The notes under the pieces are model-generated. The model was not told the DNA's origin. It did no database searches and worked only from the letters and a program-made list of their open reading frames with translations. A stretch of DNA of 64,000 nt from Octopus sinensis (lineage: Eukaryota), in assembly GCF_006345805.1 (NCBI RefSeq), contig NC_043004.1, forward strand, positions 9,424,001 through 9,488,000, read 5' to 3'. Both the position numbers and the translations under genes were made by a program. Positions 1 through 12,735 of the stretch are shown here, one piece after another. Every line of letters begins with the position of its first letter. Position 1 is the stretch's first letter.

Positions 1-784
1 TATGAGTTATACGTTCTTGTCCATGTTGTATTTTTCTACATACCTTAACATATATTCCAGGCGCCCCGTACCCCCTTTATCATTAATGTGAACACATATT
101 CTTAATAATTGGTACGACTCTCTGTTTGTCTCTCTCTCTCTATTCATCTTCTCTTTCCTCTGATCCTTTGGTCTAGTCTTCCACTACCCTCCTATTTCTT
201 TGTCTCGCTCTACACTCACAGGTCATTCTTCGACACCCATCCCTTCTCCTCTCTGATTCCTTCTTTCTCTTCTCTCTCTTTGTTGCGTTTTGTCCCCCTT
301 TTCTCTCTCTCTCTTCTCTGTCACGTGACTGTTGGCCGAAATCTGCCTTTCAGCTCCTGACACCTCGTCGTGTTAACATCGTTGTTCTTCGTCCGCCGCT
401 ATAAAGGCTTTTTCCAATGCGCCAGAGAAAAATTGTTTGCTTGTTATCAGTCGTAAGACACTTGTTGTTCTCACCGTTAATGCTTCTGTATTTCATGTTT
501 CTGTATTCCATTATTGTTTTTTGTTTTTTCTATATCTGTCCCTTTTGCTGTCCTGGTGTTCGTATGCATTCGATCCTTCTTCCAGGAAATCTACGCTTCC
601 AGCTTAGTTTTTCTTGGAGGGCTGGCCGTGATCTAGTAATCTCAAGATTAATCAGCCGAAATTACTACGATGATCCGGTTCTTGACTGAAGACTGAGGGG
701 TTCGAATGTCCTGTCCATGTTTATTGTATCGTCTTCTATGAGTTATACGTTCTTGTCCATGTTGTATTTTTCTACATACCTTAA
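1..784. repeat. Unclassified interspersed repeat with 48-bp direct repeat 736 bp apart (partial tandem, Penelope pLTR-like layout)
   Basis: tatgagttatacgttcttgtccatgttgtatttttctacataccttaa at 1-48 and again at 737-784, followed by (TA)n; runs off the window edge. Confidence 0.5.
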
Positions 785-1182
785 TATATATATATATATA
801 TACATGTATATACACACGCATACACACATATAGAGAGAGAGAGAGGGGAGCAGAAGCAGAAAAAGAACACTGAAAGGGGAGAAAGAGAGTGAGAGAGTGA
901 GAGAGAGAGAGACAGTGAGAGAAAGAGAGAGAGCAGCAAGGTGATTGGGAGTGAGAGAGAGAGAGAGCAACAGACAAAAGCGGGATGAAAGAGACAGACA
1001 GACAGAGAGCGAGTGAGACGGAGAGAGTGTGTGTGTGTGTGTGTGTGTGGATGGATTGCAAGAAATGAAGTGTCGCATTGAAATATCTTTTTAAATACAA
1101 AACTATTCCCCCCAATAACTCGTAACATACACATCTCAACATGCACACACTCCATTACTTTCTCTATCTTTCTCACTGAGTC

Positions 1183-1248
1183 TATCTATCTATCTATCTA
1201 TTTGTTTTTGCATCTGTCTATTCATCTACCTGTTTGTTCATTTCTATC

Positions 1249-1279
<31 letters not shown>

Positions 1280-1373
1280 CCATCTATCTATCTATCTATC
1301 CATCTATCTATCTATCTATCTATCCATCTATCTATCTATCCATCTATCTATCTATCCATCTATCTATCTATCC

Positions 1374-1419
<46 letters not shown>

Positions 1420-1420
1420 G
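1183..1420. repeat. (TATC)n microsatellite
   Basis: Direct tetranucleotide tandem repeat with TCCA variants. Confidence 0.95.
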
Positions 1421-1694
1421 TCTGTCTGTCTACCGATCGATCGAAAGATCGATCTCTCTATCTAACCCTCAACAAGTTTTTCCAAAACCACAAACTGCTC
1501 TTACATAAACATTCCTCTCCAACCACTTTCTTGCTTGATCCTTCTCTCTTTCATCTCTCTCACTCATTCACTCACACACACACACACACAAAACAACATA
1601 AAAATACGCTCACATGGAAACCACTATTCCTCCACTCTCTTCTCGTCCATCTCAATCTGTCTGTCTATCACTCGCTTTTTCTCTCTTTATATAT

Positions 1695-1730
<36 letters not shown>

Positions 1731-2105
1731 GGCGCAGGAGTGGCTGTGTGGTAAGTAGCTTGCTAACCAACCACATGGTTCCGGGTTCAGTCCCACTGCG
1801 TGGCATCTTGGGCACCAATGCCTTGTGAGTGGATTTGGTAGACGGAAACTGAAAGAAGCCTGTCGTATATATGTATATATATATAAGTGTATGTGTTTGT
1901 GTGTCTGTGTTTGTCTCCCTAGCATTGCTTGACAACCGATGCTGGTGTGTTTACGTCCCCGTCACTTAGCGGTTCGGCAAAAGAGACCGATAGAATAAGT
2001 ACTGGGCTTACAAAGAATAAGTGCCGGGGTCGATTTGCTCGACTAAAGGCGGTGCTCCAGCATGGCCGCAGTCAAATGACTGAAACAAGTAAAGAGAAAA
2101 GAGAA
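1731..2105 (+). mobile_element. tRNA-derived CORE-type SINE (family 1), small internal deletion
   Basis: A-box-like tggctgtgtggtaag, B-box-like gggttcagtccc, CORE-like ggcatcttgggca, 3' tail ggcggtgctccagcatggccgcagtcaaatgactgaaacaag; nearly identical to 7555-7960. Confidence 0.85.
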
Positions 2106-2109
2106 AGAG

Positions 2110-2176
<67 letters not shown>

Positions 2177-2914
2177 GAATAAGGGTAGAAATTGATATTA
2201 ATCAATTAAAACCAGTGGCCTAGCATATCAAAAAAATCCGAAGATTAAAATATTTTTTACATACAAAATTTAAAGGACTGACCACTAAAAGTGGACAGTC
2301 AATATGCTAGATATAGACGTCAAAATCGCTATTTTCCACGAAGAATGTGTTCTCAAGAAAAAAACTCAGCAAAAAAAACAAAGTGTAAAAAATAAGCAAG
2401 ACAAATGAAAATATGCGAAATAAAAACGATTACCTATGTACTAATTAGTTTCACTTGTTAATATTCACGTATATGTACACGCGAGCATCTGCAAGATCAC
2501 CAGCATACAGACACATCTATAAATATAAATACATATATATGTATATATATACACACGCACAGACACACACACACAATCATCTCACGCGCACACATGCAAA
2601 CACACACACAAATGCATGCTATAGCGAAATAAACACAGCAACGCCTACTCACCTTCTCTCACCCCCTGTCTTACTTTCTCTCCCTCTCCCTCTATCATTC
2701 CCTCTCTTAATCTCTCTTTCCCTCTCTCTCTCTCTCTCTCCCCCTGAACCACTTACTGCTCTCCTTGTCAGAATGGTCGAATATTACAACATTTCAATCA
2801 GATTTCAATTAACTTCTCTGTGTCACACGTGCGTGTGTCAATATAAACACGTATCTATGTCTCTATCTTTCACTATACGCGTGTGAGTGGTTATCTATAT
2901 ATATATATATATAG

Positions 2915-2946
<32 letters not shown>

Positions 2947-3342
2947 AGGTAACGGAGGGGGAGAAGAGTTAGAGATGGGTTTAAATATATTTTAGGAAAG
3001 TTGAATTTTTTCTTCTCTATATTAATGTCTTAAATTTGTTTATAATTTTTTTCAGAAGCTAACATTTTAATAAAATTTATTGTCGACGACGGCGAGATAT
3101 TTATAAAACTCGTCAGGAGCTGTACATGTGTGCGCACGTGTATTGAATGAATGTGTGTATGTATGTATGTATGTATGTATGTATGTATGTATGTATGTAT
3201 GTATGTATGTATGTATGTATGTATGTATGTATACACATATATATAATATACATATATATGTGTGTGTGTGTATGCGCGCGCACGTGTGTGTGTATGCGCG
3301 CGCACGTGTGTGTGTATGCGCGCGCACGTGTGTGTGTGTATG

Positions 3343-3373
<31 letters not shown>

Positions 3374-3419
3374 ACATATATACATACATACATACATACA
3401 TACATACATACTTCTGTAA

Positions 3420-3575
3420 GAGACGACGAACTGGTTGCATCGTTAGCGTGCCGTGCAAACTGCTAGGAGACATTTCGGCCATTTTTAGGTTCTGCGTTCA
3501 AATTGTTCCGAGGTCGACTTTGCCTTTCGTCCTTTCGGAGTCCATGAAATAAATACTGGTCAAGCACCAGGAGCG
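3420..3575 (+). mobile_element. Degenerate Meta-domain SINE (family 2)
   Basis: gttcaaattgttccgaggtcgactttgcctttcgtcctttcgg matches copies at 6615 and 10128. Confidence 0.65.
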
Positions 3576-3739
3576 ATGTGAATGACCAGACCCCTTACCA
3601 CGAATTTGAAGCCTTTTGCCCCAAGAAGAAAGGATTTACAATCTATATAGAGAAACGAGGGCGGGGGACAGACAGTTAGAGAGAGAGAATTCAGACACTC
3701 ATATATGCTTGCACTTATATATATATATATATATATATA

Positions 3740-3945
3740 GTTAATCCAAACAAGAAAGCACAAAAAAACAACACAACAACGCGAGGACGTGGAACAAATA
3801 TAGTATTATTGGACGCTCAGGAAAGAAGGAGGGTTTAACGTTTCGAGCGGAGCTCTCCGTCGGAAACATAGGAGAAAGAAAGATCCAGAGAAGGGAAGAG
3901 AGAGGAAAAAATCGCCAACGGTACACACGAGGTCACATTTTGAAA
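3740..3945 (-). mobile_element. Short Penelope-pLTR-like repeat carrying a decayed minimal hammerhead (3833-3867)
   Basis: Reverse complement matches 26805-27020; motif gttt-CCGACGG-a-gagc-tcc-gctc-GAAA-cg-TT-aaac; flanked by (TA)n. Confidence 0.7.
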
Positions 3946-3971
3946 GCTATATATATATATATATATATATA

Positions 3972-4533
3972 TGAAAGATGGTTTGAAAATGCAATTTTAA
4001 AGATGTTTATTCACTTGACCGGTTTCACTTTTTTAGAAAAAAGATTGTCAAAAGTAAAATGTAAAGCTTTGTATAAGCTTTGTTGTGTTAAGTACTGGTT
4101 GCCACAAAAGTATTAAAATGCATATATACATTCTTTGATAATAAGAAAATGTTAAATACAGTTTACAAGGAGATATCTGACAAAATATTAGACAAAAAGT
4201 TCACTCCTAAATATATTTCCTTCTGTGTATATATATATACAACCAAATATGACATTTTTTGAACTCCTAATACATTTCCTTCCAAACAAACATGATTTTT
4301 AATGAACTAATATTTTTACAGAACATTTTGTCGAATATTTTGTCAGATATTTCCTTATAAACTGTTTTTAATATTCTCTTATTATTATTATTATTATTAT
4401 TATCAAAGAATCTATATATGTATTTTAATACTTTTGTGACAACCAGTACTTAACACAACAAAACTTATATAAAGCTGTACATTTTACTTTTGACAATCTT
4501 TTTGACAAATTGCATTTTCAAACCTTCTTTCAT
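3972..4533. mobile_element. Fold-back element (inverted arms ~3972-4201 and ~4322-4533) in (TA)n, hammerhead in left arm
   Basis: Left arm tgaaagatggtttgaaaatgcaattt... is the reverse complement of right arm ...aaattgcattttcaaaccttcttttca; right arm has an internal deletion across the ribozyme. Confidence 0.8.
4012..4056 (-). ncRNA. Minimal type I hammerhead ribozyme motif with U3-A8 core variant
   Basis: Minus strand: tactt-TTGACAA-t-cttttt..aaaaag-t-GAAA-CCGG-TC-aagtg; stem I actt/aagt, palindromic stem III ACCGGT, GUC cleavage triplet. Confidence 0.65.
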
Positions 4534-4613
4534 ATATATTTCCACTCGTGCGGTACCTTACAACTTCACTTTGTTATATATATATATATGTAAGTGTGTG
4601 TGTGTGTGTGTGT

Positions 4614-5100
4614 GGAGGCGCAATGACCCAGTGGTTAGGGCAACGGACTCGTGGTCGTAGGATCACAGTTTTGATTCCCAGAGTGGGCATTGTGAGTAAT
4701 TGAGCGAAAACACCTAAAGCTCCACGTGGCTCCAGCAGGGGGGGGGGGGTGAACCTGCTGTACTTTTTCACCACAACTTTCTTTCATTCTTCCAGCTTCT
4801 GTTGTACTTGTATTTCAAAGGGGCCAGCCTTGTCACGCTGAATCTCCCCGAGAACTACGTAAGGGTACACGTGTGTGTGGAGTGCTCAGCCACTTGCACG
4901 TTAATAAATGAGCTGCGACGTCACTGGTGCCAAGCCGTATCGGCCCTTTTGCCTTTCCCTTGGATAACATCGGTAGCGTGGAGAGGGGAGGCTGGTATGC
5001 TTGGGTGACTGCTGGTCTTCCATAAACTACCTTGCCCAGACTTGTTCCTCGGAGGGTAACTTTCTAGGTGCAATCCCATTGTCATTCATGACCGAGGAGG
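4614..5100 (+). mobile_element. tRNA-derived SINE (family 3)
   Basis: tRNA-like head ggaggcgcaatgacccagtggttagg...ttttgattccc; 3' body shared with 60815-61175 (gcctttcccttggataacatcg...ggtcttccataa...gcccagacttgt). Confidence 0.75.
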
Positions 5101-5113
5101 GTAACTATACACA

Positions 5114-5152
<39 letters not shown>

Positions 5153-5578
5153 CAAACAGAAAGGCGTACGTATGTTTTTACCCCTCGGCGAAGTAATTTT
5201 ATTTAATTCTCTCGCAGGAAGGGCTAGTTTGACGAGTCGTGTTCGAAACACGCTAGAGTTGAACTAGGGACAGCTGATGAAGGGGATTTTTCCTTGTGTA
5301 GTTTGTCTTGTACTCTCTTTTTCTATTGTAAAAAAATGGTTTGTTCCATGCTTGTTTTTCCGTTTTCTTTTCTCGTTGAGTTCTACGTCTATTTGTGGTG
5401 TCCTGTACTCACGTATATATATTTATATATGCATGTATACATACATGTAGATGTAGGTACGTACATATATGTATGTATGTATGCATATATTTTATTTATT
5501 ACACTATTGTATGACAGCGCCCTCGCGTCGATTCGATTCGATTCGTTCGTTTCGTTCCGTTCTTCTCTCCAAGTACTG

Positions 5579-5626
<48 letters not shown>

Positions 5627-5656
5627 GTTTCATTTAATTTCGTTGGTACTCTTCAG

Positions 5657-5718
<62 letters not shown>

Positions 5719-5808
5719 TTGGAAGAGGATCCGTAGCGTTCGGTCATATAATAAGTAATATATATATGCATATATACATACGTATATGTACATACGTAGA
5801 TCTACACG

Positions 5809-5871
<63 letters not shown>

Positions 5872-6240
5872 GTGGACACAGGACGTCACGAAACGTGTAC
5901 AACAAAAAATACGAAGTACGAGTACATAGAATATGAACTAGTCTTTCGAACAACGAAAGACACAAATGGAAAACAAGACAAACAACATAAAGAACGACCC
6001 TTCATCAGTTGTTGACTGTTTTTCTAGTCTCGTATTTCGAGCATTTTACAACAATATACGCTTTCGATAAAACAGTTTCTCCCGCAAAGTAAAATTTTTT
6101 TAAAAATTGAGGAATTTGTGGAGGGTCAAAATTGGTAACACAAATAGGACAGTGAAAAGAAACAGTAAGGGCTGCTAAACCTAAACGAGGTTGTGGTGAC
6201 GAACGCGTAAATCAAGCTTGGACAGGAGACAAACAAGAAC

Positions 6241-6287
<47 letters not shown>

Positions 6288-6369
6288 CGTGTGTGTTTGT
6301 GTGTGTATACACGTACATACGTACACAGAGATACACACACATGCACACGCGAGTGCACACGCACACACA

Positions 6370-6560
6370 CTTTGTTTCCTCACGATTGCGTTACTAGCGG
6401 AGTTGGTTTCGTTACGTCCCTGTAACTTAGGGTTTTGGTAGAAGACCGATACAGAAAGTACAGATTTAGAAGTATTCGGGGCTACTTGTTCGACTAAATT
6501 CTCCAAAAGGGTGCTGCAGCATGGGCGCAGTCTGATGAGTGAAACGACTAAAACGATAAA
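6370..6560 (+). mobile_element. 3' fragment of CORE-type SINE family 1
   Basis: ttacgtccc...gaccgatacagaa...gttcgactaaa...ggtgctgcagcatgg tail. Confidence 0.6.
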
Positions 6561-6614
6561 AAAACGTTAAAAAACAAAAAGAACATGGGTAATTGAAAGG
6601 TATTGGTATGAGTA

Positions 6615-6852
6615 AAGGCGGCGAGCTGGCAGAAACGTTAGCACGCCGGATGAAATGCTTAGTGGTATTTCGTCTGTCGTTACGTTGTGAGTTCAAATTC
6701 CGCCGAGGTTGACTTTGCCTTTCATCCTTTCGGGGTCGATAAATTAAGTACCAGTTCCGCACTGGGGTCGATGTAATCGACTTAATACCTATGTCTGTTC
6801 TTGTTTGTCCCCTCTATGTTTAGCCCCTTGTGGGTAATAAAGAAATAGGTAT
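6615..6852 (+). mobile_element. Meta-domain tRNA-derived SINE (family 2)
   Basis: Head aaggcggcgagctggcagaa...gagttcaaattcc; Meta-like gactttgcctttcatcctttcggggtcgataaattaagtaccag; multiple copies in window. Confidence 0.8.
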
Positions 6853-7082
6853 TGGTATGAGTATTTTTGTAGTAGTAGTAGTAGTAGAGGTAGGTGAGGA
6901 GGAGGAGGAGGAGGAGGAGTAATCGTAGTGATAGATGGGGATGGAGGAGCAGACAGAATGAGGAGGCGGATAACATAACTATCATATTTAATATATGTTC
7001 TTTTTGCTATTTTCATGCCAGTTTCTAAATATCTGTTGTTGCCTCTTGTTTGTGTCCCTGTTTAGAATTCCCTCTACCATAC

Positions 7083-7119
<37 letters not shown>

Positions 7120-7554
7120 TAGTTTTCTGTTTATTGCTTGATCATTTGTCCAGTAAGAAAGTTAATTAACAATCAATGTTCACATATTTGAAGCTAACAA
7201 CAATTTTAATTTAATAAGTATTTATATTTAGAACATCGTTTACAACAACGGATCACCAACGAGGATTATCTTGTTCAATACGTGGCTAAACTCGTGTAGA
7301 AAACATGTTTTTTCCCATCAATTTGACATGTGGATAAGCAGCTCGACACATGCTCACACACGCACACACACACACGTATTTCTATCAGTATACATAAATA
7401 TATATGTGATATCTGTATAAATGTGTGTATTTATGCATAAACTTATATGCACATGGATACACACGCAGCACGCACACACGCACACATATATGAATATATG
7501 CATATGCATCTGGGCTTCTGTGTATGTAGGCATGCATTAATGTATATATGCATA

Positions 7555-7960
7555 GGCGCAGAAGTGGCTGTGTGGTAAGTAGCTTGCTAACCAACCACAT
7601 GGTTCCGGGTTCAGTCCCACTGCGTGGCATCTTGGGCAAGTGTCTTCTGCTATTGCCCCGGGCCGACCAATGCCTTCTGAGTGGATTTGGTAGACGGAAA
7701 CTGAAAGAAGCCTGTCGTATATATGTATATGTATATAAGTGTGTGTGTATATGTTTGTGTGTCTGTGTTTGTCCCCCTAGCATTGCTTGACAACCGATGC
7801 TGGCGTGTTTACATCCCCGTCACTTAGCGTTTCGGCAAAAGAGACCGATAGAATAAGTACTGGACTTACAAAGAATAAGTCCCGGGGTCGATTTGCTCGA
7901 CTAAAGGCGGTGCTCCAGCATGGCTGCAGTCAAATGACTGAAACAAGTAAAAGAGTAAAA
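7555..7960 (+). mobile_element. Full-length CORE-type SINE family 1
   Basis: A/B boxes, ggcatcttgggcaagtgtcttc core, internal TA/TG tract, LINE-like 3' tail ending aagtaaaagagtaaaagag. Confidence 0.88.
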
Positions 7961-8052
7961 GAGTATATATGTATATGTGTACATATATATGCATAAATAC
8001 ACACAATGTATATGTGTCTCTGTGGGTGTGGGTGTATGCATGTATGTAAATG

Positions 8053-8200
8053 TAAGGCAGCTAATTTGTAGGATTAGGCAGAGAGCGGATTCATTGCCTT
8101 AGTTTTCCTTGCGACTCTTAGAGCACTGTGTTCAATTAAAGCCGAGGGCATTTTCGCATTTCATCATTTTGGGGTCGATAAAGAAAGTAGTAGTCTGGTA
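8053..8200 (+). mobile_element. Degenerate Meta-domain SINE (family 2)
   Basis: gttcaattaaagccgagg...tttcatcattttggggtcgataaa resembles family 2. Confidence 0.5.
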
Positions 8201-8810
8201 TGGCATTCCTGTCTTCTCCCTTTCTGTCTGTCTTTTGAAGAGAAATCGTCTGTGACCAGACCAGGTGAGAGATAAGAGAGACAAAGTCTACAAATGCTTA
8301 CGTATGGGCTGCTGGACCATCACCGTTGGCTTCCCTGTCAGAGCAGGATATGGGAGACCCGTCTAGTATTGTTGCGTAATCTTAAAGCGTCACGAGAAGT
8401 TTTATGTCTATCACGAACCCACTCGATAACCATTCATTACATGTCACGCCTGCATATAACAAGGAAACCTATGGTTTTATGCGAACAGATTCTCAGTTAT
8501 TCAAGTGTGTCACATGGAAGTGTTGGTACTTGTCTCCACTTTAGATGAGAATAAATACATATGCGTATAGCCTATTTAGTAGATATATAAACTGGGCTAA
8601 TTTTGCTGTTTCTCCGCAGACTGGAAGAAAAAGAAATTATGAAAATCCTTAACTTGCAAACCACATTGGATTCTCATCAGATGTGTCTCCGTCAATTTGA
8701 CCAATCCCAAAGAAACGAGCAGCCAATCTGTTTAAATACTCAACAATTCCCGTTAATTCAGCGAACTAGTGCTACTAATTTGCATACTGTAACTCAATTT
8801 AGTTTATGAT

Positions 8811-8848
<38 letters not shown>

Positions 8849-9164
8849 GCATACACACACACATATATATATACATGCACACACACACACACACACACAC
8901 ACATGCCTAATTACTTTTACATATACCGTAGCCCGATGACCTTAGTATTTCACCCATTTCACTCACTCATTTTCCTTTGGTCCCCTTTTCCTTCTTACTG
9001 ATTCCGTTCTCAAACTCAGAATTTCTTTCTTTCTTTCTTTCTTCTTTGACTTCTCTCTCATTCTTTTCTATGCTTCTTCCATTGATAGTGTGTAGACTGA
9101 CATATCTATTATATATCAACGGACGGAGGTCTCAATGCGTAAAATTCCCCAATTATCTTCTGAA

Positions 9165-9191
9165 TACATATATGTATGTATGTGTGTGTGG

Positions 9192-9275
<84 letters not shown>

Positions 9276-9354
9276 GAGTGTGTGTGTGTGTGGGTGTGTG
9301 TATGTATGTGTATGTATATATGTGTGTGTTTGTATATATGTATGTGTATGTATA

Positions 9355-9387
<33 letters not shown>

Positions 9388-9545
9388 GTGCATATAAATG
9401 TATGTGTGTGTATGCGCATATATGTGTGTGTGTATATATATATATGTATATATATGTGTGTATGTATATATATATATATGTGTGTGTGTATGTATATATA
9501 TATATATATGTATGTATGTATATATACACACACATACACTACATG
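9165..9545. repeat. Compound (TA)n/(TG)n microsatellite
   Basis: Direct inspection. Confidence 0.95.
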
Positions 9546-10127
9546 TGTGACTAATGTTTGTTTTCATATATAAAGAAAACTTTACTTTGCAGATATATCA
9601 CAATATGTCGTTCAGCCATACGCACAAACATATATGTTTATATGCATACACACACACACGCATACACGCACACGCATTCTTATACTACTCGTGGGGTTAA
9701 ACAAACATTGACGTGTAATTCTTTCGCCAAACGCGTACGTTCACGCCTCATGTTTCTTAAGATAATTCTTAAAACATTTCAACGGTGATTATCTCTATTT
9801 AAGAAAAAGACCCCTAAACCACTATCCCACCCAGCACCAACACCACCACCACAACCATCGCTATATTATTCTCATCTTCAATACCACAACTAACATTGAA
9901 AACCAGCACAATACCTAACCTTCTCTACATTATTAATAACAAGCTTGACAAAAAGCAACCATTCTTCAACAGCTAACTATTTTGGCAGAAGGCTAGCAAG
10001 TTGAAGGCATGAAGAAGCCATGGCATTGACCCCAGTGCACATTGTCGTCTTCGGCGGCATTTGAACGAAGGACATAACCGGAAGTATACCGCTAAGCATT
10101 TTATCTGGGGTGTTAATGATTCTGTCA

Positions 10128-10548
10128 GTAAGGCGGAGAGCTGGCAGAAATGTTAGCACGCCGGGCGAAAAGCTTAGCGGTATTTCGTCTGCCGCTACGT
10201 TCTGAATTCAAATTCCGCCAAGGTCGACTTTGCCTTTCACCTTTTCGGGGTCGATTAAATAAGTACCAGTTACGCACTGGGGCCGATATAATTGACTTAA
10301 TCCGTTTGTCTGTCCTTGTTTGTCCTCTCTGTGTTTAGCTCCTTGTGGGTAGTAAAGAAATAGGTATTTCGTCTGTCTTTACGTTCTGAGTTCAAATTCC
10401 GCCGAGGTCGACTTTGCTTATCATCCTTTCGGGGTCGATTAAATAAGTACCAGTTACGCACTGGGGTCGATATAATTGACTTAATTCGTTTGTCTGTCCT
10501 TGTTTGTCCTCTCTGTGTTTAGCCCCTTGTGGGTAGTAAAGAAATAGA
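10128..10548 (+). mobile_element. Meta-domain SINE family 2 with tandem duplication of its 3' ~182 bp
   Basis: Segment ggtatttcgtctg...gtaaagaaatag occurs at ~10179-10363 and ~10362-10546. Confidence 0.85.
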
Positions 10549-11439
10549 TTTTCTCAGCTTGCTGCTTTATTGTCACTGCTAATCATAGCGGCATTAGCAC
10601 CGAATACGGCCTTTTTAAGTGTCTCAAATGTCCCCCAAACCTTTCAACTGATCTAAATGTTTGTCTCTTTGCAACAATGCCTTCGTGCACCCAGTGCAAA
10701 CTTTTGTTCAACCCGGGTTCGGCGTCGGGCATGATCACATCGTGTTCTGATGTTGATTGGCTATAAAGAAACAATTATATAGTCCTTTCAAGGTTGTATC
10801 TCTTGCAATAGACAGTGCCGATGATTGCCACGGAGCGAGAAGTGCGTTCACCGTTCTGCCGTCAGATGGTGCCATGTACTGATTGTTGATGTTCTTCAAT
10901 ACCTATTGCAAAAAAAGGTTCCCATGGCAAACACAGCCTTTGTAAAAGTTAATTATGCCTCAATCATATTTGAAATTATCTAAATATTTTTTTTTTATTC
11001 GCAATGCTATTTTTGCGTACCTACGACATATGTTCCAGGAGTGACAATTTGAAAACAAAAGCTGTCGTTAGCGAATAAAAATGAAGAACTCAGAGATACG
11101 TTTGTGAATGCATAAACATTTCACATTCAGAATTCTTCTTCGCACCACAAATGTATACTTTGTTTTATCCATGGTTCTTCGCGAACAATAAATTTTGTCG
11201 GACTAACAATTACGGATTAAATATAACCATATTAAATAACCATATTCATAGTTTTCCTTTACTAGTTTTGGCTCAAGAGTTGCGGCCATGCTGGAGCGCT
11301 GCCATTAAAAAGTGGTCAGCAAGCCTCCACAGGGAATCGAAACCTGTACCTCTCAATTTCCGTTTGCGTGCTCAAACCATTAAGCTATCACTTTCCTCAC
11401 ACACACACACACACACATGTATATATATGCATATATATC

Positions 11440-12010
11440 ACCTGGATCGGCTGTCTCGTGCCGAGCCAGCTCCGCTATCCCCAGCATTCGCTCCATTCCC
11501 CTCGTGCTTTCGCCATTCTCTTCCACGTTGTTCCAAATAGGTTTCTTAAATCATTTTCCCACCTGATCGGAGGCCTTTCCAGTGGTCTCCTCCGCTCCAC
11601 AGCTGCACGAGTCCATCGACCCGACTGTCTGTGAGCCTTGCGACAGGACCGGCCCATCATAGCTTTGCTTGGTGGTATTCGGCGATGACGTCCTTCACTC
11701 AAATCCAATCCCTGATCTCGTTCGGGATGAGATCTCTTAGCAAGATATCCATCATCGAACTATCCAAGCCTCTCAGCACCGTAAACAGATGTTATTCTTC
11801 TCTCATCGTCAAGGCCCATTCCTCTCATGCGTACAGCATTGCAGGCAAGACTGTGCTGTTGAAGAGATTGGCGCGAGTTGTCTAAGTTCGCCTTCAGCAC
11901 ATCCTTCACCGAGTTGAAGGCTCTGCATCTTGCCCCATACCCTTCGCGAGATCTCATTCTTCCTTTCTCGAGTCATACTCACTTCTTGATGGAGACACTC
12001 ATAGCTACTC
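11440..12010 (-). pseudogene. RTE-clade LINE reverse transcriptase C-terminal fragment, frameshifted
   Basis: Minus-strand frames give FNSTVLPAMLYA and RRRPLERPPIRWENDL...WKRMAKARGEW, typical of RTE C-termini. Confidence 0.75.
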
Positions 12011-12105
12011 ACCTCTTTTATTTCATCGCCTCCGTCTGTTTGGCGACCGATTGCTACGACCTCAGACCGTATGTACTTGGTTTTCGTACAGTTCGTCTGC
12101 AGCTG

Positions 12106-12171
<66 letters not shown>

Positions 12172-12188
12172 ATCTATCTATCTATTTA

Positions 12189-12259
<71 letters not shown>

Positions 12260-12519
12260 TTAAAATAATAACGGTGAAAAATTGAATGTTAATTTGATTA
12301 ATATCAATTAGAACCAGTGGTCTAGCATAAAGAAAAATCTGAAGATTCAGAAAAATTATATTACCTACATATAAGAGATGACCACTAAGTGGGATGAATT
12401 CTGGCATAGTGGATGTCCACTTAGTGGTCATCCCGCTTTATATATATAATATATATATAAATCAGAAATATTAAATTTCTAAATATCTCAAAGAGATATG
12501 TACGGTGGTGGAGCGATAG

Positions 12520-12735
12520 AGTGGTTGTTTACTGTCAATTTAACGTGACAGTCCTGTAAGGGATTTCACCACCGCTGTTTAGCCCTAGGAAGCATCGACG
12601 CTTCCTGTCTGCTTAGACACATTTCTGACACAGGAATGTGTCAAAGCCGACAGGAAGCGTCGATGCTTCCTAGGGCTAAACAGCGGTGGTGAAATTCCCT
12701 TACAGGACTGTCACGTTAAGTTGACAGTAAACAAC

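Noticed and set aside
1731-1800. tRNA genes at SINE heads (also 4614, 7555, 60815)
   Set aside because: A/B boxes are present but there is no complete cloverleaf, and each head continues into a SINE body.
2060-2092. SINE tail hairpin followed by GAAACAAGTA resembling a hammerhead 3' half
   Set aside because: There is no CUGANGA-like core upstream in any copy. It is better explained as the LINE recognition stem-loop.
6528-6552. gtCTGATGAgtGAAAcgac hammerhead-like string
   Set aside because: It is a mutated SINE tail (cagtcaaatgactgaaac) with no room for stem II and no cleavage triplet.
648-9573. Many 60-200 aa ORFs rich in YI, HT, CV, LS repeats (here and throughout the window)
   Set aside because: They are translations of (TA)n, (CA)n, (CT)n and (TATC)n microsatellites, not genes.
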